A DNA stretch of 64,000 nucleotides, taken from Clostridia bacterium (lineage in GTDB: Bacteria > Bacillota > Clostridia > Christensenellales > CAG-1252). The notes below the pieces were generated by a model, which was not told the DNA's origin, made no database searches, and saw nothing but the letters and a program-made list of their open reading frames with translations. The stretch is taken from NCBI GenBank assembly GCA_017394805.1, contig JAFPXC010000020.1, forward strand, positions 69,578 to 133,577. The letters run 5' to 3'. Both the position numbers and the translations under genes were made by a program. Below, in pieces: positions 44,597-52,805 of this stretch. Each line of letters begins with the position of its first letter. Positions within the stretch are counted from its first letter, which is position 1.

Positions 44597-44932
44597 TCAG
44601 CACATTTTGTCGCCCAACTGCTCGCCGCCCAAAATATGGACGTGCAGATGCTCCACGCTTTGACAACCGAATTGTCCCTTGTTGCTGACCAAACGGAAGC
44701 CGTCGGTCAAGCCCAACTCGTCCACCATCGTCGAAACCTTTTTGACGCACTTGGCGAGAGTGCCCGCCTGTCTGTCCGTCATCTCAACTATGTTGGCGTA
44801 GTGCTCCTTGGGCAAAAGAAGCAAATGCACCTTGGCCTGCGGATTGAGATCTTTGATGATCATCATATCCTCGTCCTGGTAGACGCAATTCGTGGGGATT
44901 TTACCCGAGATAATGTCGCAAAATACACACAT
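44597..44932 (-). CDS. HIT-family (histidine triad) nucleotide hydrolase
   Basis: 111 aa. CVFCDII and the HLHVHILGG triad. Confidence 0.88.
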   Translation of the reverse strand: MCVFCDIISGKIPTNCVYQDEDMMIIKDLNPQAKVHLLLLPKEHYANIVEMTDRQAGTLAKCVKKVSTMVDELGLTDGFRLVSNKGQFGCQSVEHLHVHILGGEQLGDKMC

Positions 44933-44941
44933 ATTTTCTCC

Positions 44942-46183
44942 TTATACGATTTCTGCCAACACGCCGTCCATATAGGGCGACAGGCAACGTACCGTATACA
45001 CGCTGTTGGGTTTGCACGCATGGTGCAACGGAATGTAGACTTTAATATAATTGGAAGTATGCCCCTGCATATACATATCGTCCGCACGCTCGGTAGCCGC
45101 TTCCAACGTATATCCTATAAAACTATGTACGAACGCCGTGGCAAGTTCGTTCTTGAGCGCGCTCATCTGCCCCACGCGGCGCTGCATTTCTTCGGGCGCG
45201 ACGGGCGGCAAGACGTAGGCTTTGGTGCCCTTTCTGCGACTGTACGGGAAGACGTGCAGATTGGCGAATTCCATCTCCCGAACGAACGCGAGGCTTCGGT
45301 CGAACTGCTCCGCCGTCTCGGTGGGGAAGCCCACGATGACGTCCGTCGTAACGGCCGCCAAGGGGAAATACGCGCGTATGAGCGCCACTTTGCGGGCGAA
45401 TTCGGCCGTGGTGTAGTGGCGATTCATCGCCCTGAGCGTCTCGTCGTCCCCCGATTGAAGGGAGAGATGGAAGTGATCGCAGAAGTTGCCCGCCTCTTTC
45501 ATGGCGGCGAGCAATTCGTCTGTGATGACGTTCGCTTCGAGCGAGCCGAAGCGGAACCTGGCGGGAATGACGCTTAGCGCTTTGACCAGATCCACCAAAG
45601 ACAAGCCCAAATCCAACCCGTAGGCGGCCGTATTGATGCCGGTCAGCACCAATTCGGCGTGCGTATTCGCTTTGACGGCGCACTCGGCGACCACGTCTTC
45701 CAACGCCCTCGAACGCGCCCTACCGCGCAGATAGGGCACCAGACAATAACTGCAAAAATTGTTGCACCCGTCCTGCACTTTGACGTTGCCGCGGGCACGC
45801 TCGCCCTCGCCTATTATCAACGGCTCGAACGAGGCGGGAATCTCTTTGACGTTTTGCCCCGTAGGCAAGCCGCACACGTCCATTTTGTCGGCGGTGCCGC
45901 CCACGAAATCCACGTTTTTGTCCGCAAATTGCGCGGGATTGTTTTGGGACGCGCAGCCTACGACGTATATCTTGGCGTCGGGATTGTATTTGCGCACCCG
46001 CGCCACGCATTGACGACTCTTTTTCTCCGCTTCTGCGGTGACGGCGCAGGTGTTGATGACGTAGATATCCGCCACGCTCAACTCCTCGGACACCTCGTAG
46101 CCGAGCCGTTGAAAAGCGGCGGCGATGCTGTCGCATTCACATTGATTGACCTTGCAGCCCAGATTGACGACCGCGACTTTCAT
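44942..46183 (-). CDS. mtaB: tRNA t6A37 methylthiotransferase MtaB (MiaB-like radical SAM)
   Basis: 413 aa from the ATG at 46183 (MKVAVVNLGCKVNQCE). Radical-SAM motif CNNFCSYCLVP. 1-nt TGATG overlap with rsmE. Confidence 0.85.
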   Translation of the reverse strand: MKVAVVNLGCKVNQCECDSIAAAFQRLGYEVSEELSVADIYVINTCAVTAEAEKKSRQCVARVRKYNPDAKIYVVGCASQNNPAQFADKNVDFVGGTADKMDVCGLPTGQNVKEIPASFEPLIIGEGERARGNVKVQDGCNNFCSYCLVPYLRGRARSRALEDVVAECAVKANTHAELVLTGINTAAYGLDLGLSLVDLVKALSVIPARFRFGSLEANVITDELLAAMKEAGNFCDHFHLSLQSGDDETLRAMNRHYTTAEFARKVALIRAYFPLAAVTTDVIVGFPTETAEQFDRSLAFVREMEFANLHVFPYSRRKGTKAYVLPPVAPEEMQRRVGQMSALKNELATAFVHSFIGYTLEAATERADDMYMQGHTSNYIKVYIPLHHACKPNSVYTVRCLSPYMDGVLAEIV

Positions 46184-46896
46184 CACAATACCTCCAACGT
46201 CGAACATACCACGCCCAGCGCCACGATGGCCGCCGTTTCGGCACGCATAATCCGCTTGCCGAGACTGAACGTCACCGCGCCTTTTTGACGGGCAAAATCG
46301 GCCTCTTCGTCGGTAAAACCGCCTTCGCTACCGATAATAACCGCCATATCTTCGGGCGTTTTGCCCGCCAACGCGTCGCGCAGCAGGCGTTTATCTTCCT
46401 TTTCGTAGGCCATATAGACGGGTTTGTCCGTATCGAACAATGCCTCGAACGGCACCGCGTCTCGTACCGTGGGCAATTTGGCGCGGCCGCATTGCTTGCA
46501 GGCTTCCAACACGATGCGCTCCAACCGCTCTTTGCGTACAGAGCGCTCGGCCGTGTTGCGACTGACGAAAGGCCGAATGACGTTGGCGCCGATCTCCACG
46601 GCTTTTTGCACCTCGATCTCCAACTTCTCGGGTTTGATAAGCCCGCAACACAGGGTAAGGTCGAATGGAAGTTCCGCGTCGTTGGGGACTCTGTCGTCTA
46701 TCCGCAAGGTGGCTTTGACCTTGTCAATGGCCGTCACGGTGCAGTAGTAGTCGTAGCCCGAATTGTCGCACACGATGGCCTTGTAACCCACCTTGAAACG
46801 CAAAACGCCCGTCATGTGACGGTACTCGTCGCCGACCACCGTTACGGCGTCGCCGTCGATATATTCGGGGGTTACGTAAAACCTGCGCAATTCCAT
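46183..46896 (-). CDS. rsmE: 16S rRNA (uracil1498-N3)-methyltransferase
   Basis: 237 aa. PUA-like N-terminus and SPOUT C-terminus (IGSEGGFT). Conserved position after prmA. Confidence 0.88.
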   Translation of the reverse strand: MELRRFYVTPEYIDGDAVTVVGDEYRHMTGVLRFKVGYKAIVCDNSGYDYYCTVTAIDKVKATLRIDDRVPNDAELPFDLTLCCGLIKPEKLEIEVQKAVEIGANVIRPFVSRNTAERSVRKERLERIVLEACKQCGRAKLPTVRDAVPFEALFDTDKPVYMAYEKEDKRLLRDALAGKTPEDMAVIIGSEGGFTDEEADFARQKGAVTFSLGKRIMRAETAAIVALGVVCSTLEVL

Positions 46897-46897
46897 A

Positions 46898-47824
46898 TTA
46901 CACCCGCATAAGGTAGGCGCGCCAATCTTTGAGCGCGACCTCTTCCTCTACCGCGAAGCCTTTTTGCCGATAGACGGCCAGCACTTCGTCTTTGCGTTCG
47001 GCGATGATGCCGGACACGATTAGATAGCCGTTCTTGCGGATATGCCGTCCGACCGTGTCGGCGAGCGTGATGAGGATATCCGCCGTTATGTTGGCAAGCA
47101 CCACGTCGGCGGTATGGGAACACCCGTCCAATAGACTTGCCGTCCGCGCCTCGTAGTTCGTCACGCCGTTCAAAGCGGCGTTTTCGCGCATATTCTTCAT
47201 CGCGTTGTCGTCTATGTCGGCGAAGTAGCAATGCGCGGCGCCCATCTTCATGGCGGCGATGCCCAATATGCCCGAGCCGCAGCCAACGTCGATGATTTGC
47301 TTGCCCTTGACGTCAAGTTGTTGGAGCAATTTCAAGCACATCTGCGTGCTCTCGTGCTCGCCCGTGCCGAACGCCATGCACGGATTGATTTTGACGGTGA
47401 TTTTGCCTTCCGTCTCGGTCTCCCAAGCGGGCAACACGGTGACGTCGCCCACCCGTATGGGCTTGTAAAAAGCCTTCCAATTGTCGTACCAACTGTCGTC
47501 GTCGGTCGTTTCGCCCAACGCGATATCCAATAACCCCATATCCACGGGCATTGCTTCTCGGGCGAAGTCCAACTGCTCGCGCAACGCTTTGAGGGAAAGG
47601 TCGGAGGGCTTGTCCCCGTAGAAAGCCGTCACTTTGACGACGTCGTCCTGCGCGAAAAGGCTGTCGTCTATGTAGTCCCAAAAGAGTTCGGACTTCCCTT
47701 TGACAAGGTCGGCGAGGTCGTTTTTATCCTGAATACTCACGCCCTCGGCGCCCATCTCGAAGAGATAGCACGACACGATGTCCGAGCCTAAGGTCGTGGT
47801 CGATACGGTAACGGTATAACTCAT
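46898..47824 (-). CDS. prmA: Ribosomal protein L11 methyltransferase
   Basis: 308 aa. SAM motif DVGCGSGILGIAA. Confidence 0.9.
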   Translation of the reverse strand: MSYTVTVSTTTLGSDIVSCYLFEMGAEGVSIQDKNDLADLVKGKSELFWDYIDDSLFAQDDVVKVTAFYGDKPSDLSLKALREQLDFAREAMPVDMGLLDIALGETTDDDSWYDNWKAFYKPIRVGDVTVLPAWETETEGKITVKINPCMAFGTGEHESTQMCLKLLQQLDVKGKQIIDVGCGSGILGIAAMKMGAAHCYFADIDDNAMKNMRENAALNGVTNYEARTASLLDGCSHTADVVLANITADILITLADTVGRHIRKNGYLIVSGIIAERKDEVLAVYRQKGFAVEEEVALKDWRAYLMRV

Positions 47825-47825
47825 A

Positions 47826-48956
47826 TTACTTGTTTTGGTCGTTGAACTTCTTGAGGCTCTCCTCTTGCGAGGCGGAGAGGCTGTTGCCGAACGCGGTCAG
47901 CGCGTCGCGCTGTGCCTTGGACAGTTTGGTGGGTGTGACCACCTTGACGGTGAAGTACAAATCGCCGTATACGTCGCGCATGGCGGACTTCATACCCTTG
48001 CCCTTCAATTTGAACACCGCGCCCGTTTGGGTGCCCTCGGGTATCTTGTACTTGACGTTGCCGTAGGGCGTGGGCACGTTGATCTCGCCGCCCAACGCGG
48101 CGACGATATAACTAAGGGGCATCTCGTACTGCAAATCGTTGTTGCGACGCGTGTACAAGGGGTGGGGTTTGACGCTGACGGCGATGATGAGGTTGCCGTT
48201 GGGGCCGCCGTTCATGCCGCACTCGCCGTCGCCCTGATAGACGATGGTCTGCCCGTCGGCGATGCCGGCGGGTATGTTGGCGTGCACCGTGCGCATATTG
48301 ACCACGAAGCCCTTGCCCGAGCAATCGGGACACGGATCGGTGATGATCTTGCCTTTGCCCTTACAATCGGGGCACACCGACTCCTGCACCACCTGTCCGA
48401 ACAGGCTGTTGGTGCGAATGCGCACCACGCCCGTGCCCCCGCAACGGGTACACGAACGCGTGGCGTTGGCGGATTTGGCACCCGAACCCTTGCAGGTGGG
48501 GCACACCTCGCGGCGTCTGAACTTCAAATCCTTTTTGACGCCCTTGACGCTCTCCATAAACTCGATGCTGACGTGAATCTGCACGTCGTCGCCACGACGG
48601 GGGGCGTTGGGGTTTTGGCGACGGGCGCCGCCCCCGAACGAGCTGAAGATATTGCTGAAGAAATCGCCGAAAGGATCGCCGCCTTCGCCGCCGCCGAATC
48701 CGCTACCCGAAAATTGCGGGCCGTCCTCGCTACCGTATTGGTCGTAGGCCGCTTTCTTTTGGGGATCGGACAGCACCTGATAGGCGTGATTGATCTTCTT
48801 GAACATCTCCTCGGCTTCCTTGCGCTCGGCCTCGGGTTTGGTCGAATAGAGGTCGGGGTGATATTTCTTGGCCAAGCGCCTATAGGCGCTCTTGATTTCT
48901 TCGTCGGACGCGTCCTTGGATACGCCCAATATTTCGTAATAATTGTAGTCTGCCAC
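47826..48956 (-). CDS. dnaJ: Chaperone DnaJ
   Basis: 376 aa. J-domain with HPD, G/F region and four CxxCxGxG zinc repeats. Confidence 0.94.
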   Translation of the reverse strand: MADYNYYEILGVSKDASDEEIKSAYRRLAKKYHPDLYSTKPEAERKEAEEMFKKINHAYQVLSDPQKKAAYDQYGSEDGPQFSGSGFGGGEGGDPFGDFFSNIFSSFGGGARRQNPNAPRRGDDVQIHVSIEFMESVKGVKKDLKFRRREVCPTCKGSGAKSANATRSCTRCGGTGVVRIRTNSLFGQVVQESVCPDCKGKGKIITDPCPDCSGKGFVVNMRTVHANIPAGIADGQTIVYQGDGECGMNGGPNGNLIIAVSVKPHPLYTRRNNDLQYEMPLSYIVAALGGEINVPTPYGNVKYKIPEGTQTGAVFKLKGKGMKSAMRDVYGDLYFTVKVVTPTKLSKAQRDALTAFGNSLSASQEESLKKFNDQNK

Positions 48957-49023
48957 GATGAACTCCTTTTGTTAAAGGGTTGGGAGTGCAAAGATTTTGC
49001 ACTCCCCTATAGCCGTTGTTCGC

Positions 49024-50832
49024 TTATTCGACGGTGCCGTCGCCGCCGATATCGCCGTTGTCATCGGTCGAGGTCTGTTGACCTTGCGCCTGCTGCGCTT
49101 GCTGGTACAACTTGGTGAAGATGGGCTGTACGGTGTTGTTGAACTCGTCCATGGCCTTCTTAATCTCTTCGATATCGCTGCTGTCCAGCTTCTCACGCGC
49201 TTTCTTGGCGGCCTCTTCGACGGTCTTTTTGTCTTCCTCGCTGATGGCTTCGCCACCCTCTCGCACCGTCTTTTCGGCGGCGTACAAGGTGTTTTCGGAA
49301 GTGTTCTTGAGGTCTACCAATTCGCGGCGCTTCTTGTCCTCTTCGGCGTATTGCTCGGCCTCTTTGACGGCCTTGTCGATATCGCTTTCGGAGAGATTGG
49401 TGCTGGCGGTGATGGTGACCGACTGCTCTTTGTTGGTGCCCTTATCGCGCGCTTTGACGTTGACGATGCCGTTGGCGTCGATATCGAAGGTCACCTCGAT
49501 CTGAGGTACGCCGCGGGGAGCGGGGGGAATGCCGTCCAAGGTGAAGCGGCCCAAGGTCTTGTTGTCTTTGGCGAACTCACGCTCGCCCTGCAAGACGTGA
49601 ATGTCCACGGCGGGTTGATTGTCCGCGGCGGTGGAGAACACCTGCGTTTTGCTGGTGGGAATGGTGGTGTTGCGGTCGATAAGCCGCGTGAACACACCGC
49701 CCATGGTCTCGATGCCGAGGCTCAACGGCGTGACGTCCAGCAAGAGGACGTCTTTGACGTCGCCCGCCAACACGCCCGCTTGAATGGCCGCGCCGATGGC
49801 GACGCACTCGTCGGGGTTGATGCCTTTGTAGGGCTCTTTGCCGCTGACTTTGCGCACCGCGTCCACCACGGCGGGGATACGGGTGCTGCCGCCGACCAAG
49901 ATAACTTTGCTGATGTCGTTGAAGGTGAGACCCGCGTCGCTCATCGCCTTCTTGGTGGGCACGATGGTCGCTTCGACCAAGTGCGCGGTCAGGCTGTCGA
50001 ATTTGGCCTTGGTGATATCCATATCAATGTGCAGAGGACCGTCGGCGTTGGCGCTGATATAGGGCAGGTTGATGCTGGTCTTGGTGACGCCGGACAACTC
50101 GATCTTGGCCTTTTCGGCGGCCTCTTTGATACGTTGCAGGGCCACTTTGTCGCCCGAAAGGTCTACGCCCGACTCCTTTTTGAATTCGCCGACCACGTAG
50201 TCGATAAGGCATTGGTCGAAGTCGTCGCCGCCCAAGTGCGTGTTGCCGTTGGTGGCCAACACTTCGAAGACGCCGTCGCCGATTTCCAGAATGGACACAT
50301 CGAACGTACCGCCGCCCAAGTCGTAGATCAATACCTTTTGATTCTTGTTTTCGCCTTTATCCAAGCCGTAGGCCAATGCGGCGGCCGTGGGCTCGTTGAT
50401 GATACGCAGCACTTCGAGTCCCGCGATACGGCCCGCGTCCTTGGTGGCTTGACGTTGGCTGTCCGAGAAGTAGGCGGGCACGGTGATGACGGCTTGCGTC
50501 ACTTTCTGCCCGAGGTAGGCCTCTGCGTCCGCTTTGAGTTTGCTGAGGATCATGGCGCTGATCTCTTGGGGGCTGTACTTCTTGTCGTCGATGGTGACGG
50601 TCTCGGCAGTGCCCATCTTGCGCTTGATGCTGGTGACCGTGCGCAGGGGGTTGGCTACCGCCTGACGTTTGGCCACTTGGCCTACTCTTCTCTCGCCCTC
50701 TTTGGTGAAGCCGACCACGCTGGGGGTGGTGCGGTTGCCTTCGGGATTGGGAATAACGGTGGGTTCGCCGCCTTCCATAACGGCGACGCAACTATTGGTT
50801 GTACCTAAATCTATACCGATAATTTTGCTCAT
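49024..50832 (-). CDS. dnaK: Chaperone DnaK (Hsp70)
   Basis: 602 aa. [15 protein letters not shown] and DLGGGTFD motifs. Confidence 0.96.
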   Translation of the reverse strand: MSKIIGIDLGTTNSCVAVMEGGEPTVIPNPEGNRTTPSVVGFTKEGERRVGQVAKRQAVANPLRTVTSIKRKMGTAETVTIDDKKYSPQEISAMILSKLKADAEAYLGQKVTQAVITVPAYFSDSQRQATKDAGRIAGLEVLRIINEPTAAALAYGLDKGENKNQKVLIYDLGGGTFDVSILEIGDGVFEVLATNGNTHLGGDDFDQCLIDYVVGEFKKESGVDLSGDKVALQRIKEAAEKAKIELSGVTKTSINLPYISANADGPLHIDMDITKAKFDSLTAHLVEATIVPTKKAMSDAGLTFNDISKVILVGGSTRIPAVVDAVRKVSGKEPYKGINPDECVAIGAAIQAGVLAGDVKDVLLLDVTPLSLGIETMGGVFTRLIDRNTTIPTSKTQVFSTAADNQPAVDIHVLQGEREFAKDNKTLGRFTLDGIPPAPRGVPQIEVTFDIDANGIVNVKARDKGTNKEQSVTITASTNLSESDIDKAVKEAEQYAEEDKKRRELVDLKNTSENTLYAAEKTVREGGEAISEEDKKTVEEAAKKAREKLDSSDIEEIKKAMDEFNNTVQPIFTKLYQQAQQAQGQQTSTDDNGDIGGDGTVE

Positions 50833-50859
50833 AGTTCTATCTCCTTTTCAGTTTATTTA

Positions 50860-51435
50860 TTAGACCGCCACTTTGACCATCGCGGGTCTGATGACGTAAT
50901 CTTTGTATTTGTAGCCCTCTTGGAACACGGCGACCACTTTGCCCGCTTCGTCCGCGTTCTCCTCTTGCATCACGGCGTTGTGCACTTCGGGATCGAAGGC
51001 TTCGCCGAGGGCGGGTATCTGCTCCACGCCTATCTTCTGCATGGCCAAATCGAATTGCTTTTTGATCTGTACGATGCCGGCCATGGCCTTGTCGTCTTCT
51101 TTGAGCACTTCCAAGGCGCGGTTGATGCTGTCGATGACGGGGAAGACGGCGGTCAAGGTTTGGGTGATGCCCACCAATTTCTGCCGCTCGTTGTCGGCGG
51201 CCGAACGCTTGCGGTAATTGTCGTACTCGGCGAGCATACGCAGATACTTTTCGTTCTGCTCCTTATTCTCCTTTTCGAGCCGTTTTACCTCGTCCGCGAG
51301 TTTCTGCTTCTCCGTCGGGCCGTTCTTCTTGGGGGCTTTGGGCTTTTCGACGGTTTCTTTGCCCGCGTCGCTCGCTTGCTCTACCGTTTGCTCGGCCTTT
51401 TCTTCTTGATTGATGTCCTGTTGCTTGTCGTTCAT
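50860..51435 (-). CDS. grpE: Nucleotide exchange factor GrpE
   Basis: 191 aa. Coiled-coil N-terminus plus a C-terminal beta domain. 4-nt overlap with hrcA. Confidence 0.92.
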   Translation of the reverse strand: MNDKQQDINQEEKAEQTVEQASDAGKETVEKPKAPKKNGPTEKQKLADEVKRLEKENKEQNEKYLRMLAEYDNYRKRSAADNERQKLVGITQTLTAVFPVIDSINRALEVLKEDDKAMAGIVQIKKQFDLAMQKIGVEQIPALGEAFDPEVHNAVMQEENADEAGKVVAVFQEGYKYKDYVIRPAMVKVAV

Positions 51436-52448
51436 TTCGTCTCCTTATCGTCCAATATGGACTTGATGGTCATTTCCAAGTATTGCAGTACGCCGATGAC
51501 TTTTTTGTAATCCATGCGCTCGGGGCCTATGACGCCGGCGTGCACCTCGCGGTTGCCGCTCACTTTGTAGGTGGCGGACACCAACGAGCCGTGTTCGATG
51601 CCGTCCTCTTTGCCGATGCGGAAGCTGAATTCGACGTCCGAATCGCCTACCATATCCGTCAGTTCCTCTTTGTGCTCCAGTAGGGACAGCACGCCGCGCA
51701 TATTGTCCACTTCGTCCGTGTACTCGGGATAGTCCAGCAGTTTGCTGGTGCCCTCGACGAACACCGAGGCGTCGCCCCCGCCGAAACGCTCCAAGGAAGA
51801 GATGATTTGGTCCAAAATGTCCTTGTAGGCCTGTATCTCGCCCTCAACCGAATTCATCTTGTCGCGTATCTCGTCCACGGTCATGCCGCCGAACATACGA
51901 TTGAGCAGATCCGAACTGGTCTTGAGATAACTATCGCCCATATCGGCGGGAATGTCGATGATGCAATCCTTGAGGACGCCCGAGTCCGTGATAATGACCA
52001 CCAACGCCTTATCGCCGCCCAAGTCCACCAATTTGATGTCCTTGACGCGCACGGTGCCCACGTTTTTGACCACGATGACCGAGGTGTAGTTGGTGGTATC
52101 CGACAGCACCTGCGCCGTGGAACGAATGACGTCGGCCACGTCGTCCATCTTGTCGTCGAGGTAGGTCTTGAGGTCGGTAATCTGCGGCACCATCGGCCCT
52201 TCGGTGGGAATGGTCTCCACGAACAATTTGTACGCCTTGGCGGTGGGGATGCGGCCGGCGGATACGTGCGGTTGCACCAGATAGCCCATCTTCTCCAAAG
52301 CGGCCAACTCCGCACGAATGGTGGCCGAACTGATCTCTTCGCCATAATCCTCTTTGATGTCCGCGCTCGACACGGGCTCGGCCGTCTCGATATAACGCGC
52401 CACCAATAGGCACAGTATCTTTTGTTTGCGAATGGTCAGCGTACTCAT
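51432..52448 (-). CDS. hrcA: Heat-inducible transcription repressor HrcA
   Basis: 338 aa from the ATG at 52448 (GAGGAG 7 nt upstream). MSTLTIRKQKILCLLVARYIETAEPVSS is a wHTH. CIRCE operators lie upstream. Confidence 0.9.
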   Translation of the reverse strand: MSTLTIRKQKILCLLVARYIETAEPVSSADIKEDYGEEISSATIRAELAALEKMGYLVQPHVSAGRIPTAKAYKLFVETIPTEGPMVPQITDLKTYLDDKMDDVADVIRSTAQVLSDTTNYTSVIVVKNVGTVRVKDIKLVDLGGDKALVVIITDSGVLKDCIIDIPADMGDSYLKTSSDLLNRMFGGMTVDEIRDKMNSVEGEIQAYKDILDQIISSLERFGGGDASVFVEGTSKLLDYPEYTDEVDNMRGVLSLLEHKEELTDMVGDSDVEFSFRIGKEDGIEHGSLVSATYKVSGNREVHAGVIGPERMDYKKVIGVLQYLEMTIKSILDDKETK

Positions 52449-52477
52449 TTGGCTCTCCTCGGTTAGTATGCCCGACT

Positions 52478-52504
52478 TTGGCACTCGTAACCCTTGACTG
52501 CTAA
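52478..52504. promoter_or_regulatory. CIRCE operator 1 (overlaps the predicted TSS)
   Basis: TTGGCACTC-N9-GACTGCTAA against the consensus TTAGCACTC-N9-GAGTGCTAA. Confidence 0.85.
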
Positions 52505-52505
52505 C

Positions 52506-52534
52506 ATTATATGCCCAATTTTTAGCAATGTCAA
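52506..52534 (-). promoter_or_regulatory. Consensus sigma-A promoter of the hrcA-grpE-dnaK-dnaJ operon
   Basis: Minus strand TTGACA - 17 nt - TATAAT. Confidence 0.8.
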
Positions 52535-52548
52535 GCGATGACTGCTAA
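52522..52548. promoter_or_regulatory. CIRCE operator 2 (overlaps the -35)
   Basis: TTAGCAATG-N9-GACTGCTAA. Confidence 0.75.
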
Positions 52549-52584
52549 ATTATTTGCGAATTATTGCACTATTTTTGTAAAATA

Positions 52585-52631
52585 CTATACAAATTGTATA
52601 TTTTTGACCAATTTCTATACGCTTCGTATAG
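52585..52631. repeat. Two copies of the CTATAC-N5-GTATA(G) palindrome, locus 3
   Basis: CTATACAAATTGTATAT (52585-52601) and CTATACGCTTCGTATAG (52615-52631). They lie about 50-100 bp upstream of the hrcA promoter. Confidence 0.8.
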
Positions 52632-52805
52632 TTAATTATCCGTATTGCCTACGTTATGATAGTCGCACGGTCTTTCCGTTTGCGCCGCTTCGTCGTATAT
52701 CGGCGCGCACGCCTTATATCTCGCGCGACCTTATAAATCTCGTTGCGCACGCACTCATACGAAAAAGGGCGCCCGACGGACGCCCTCGTTGGCTATCAAA
52801 AGCCG

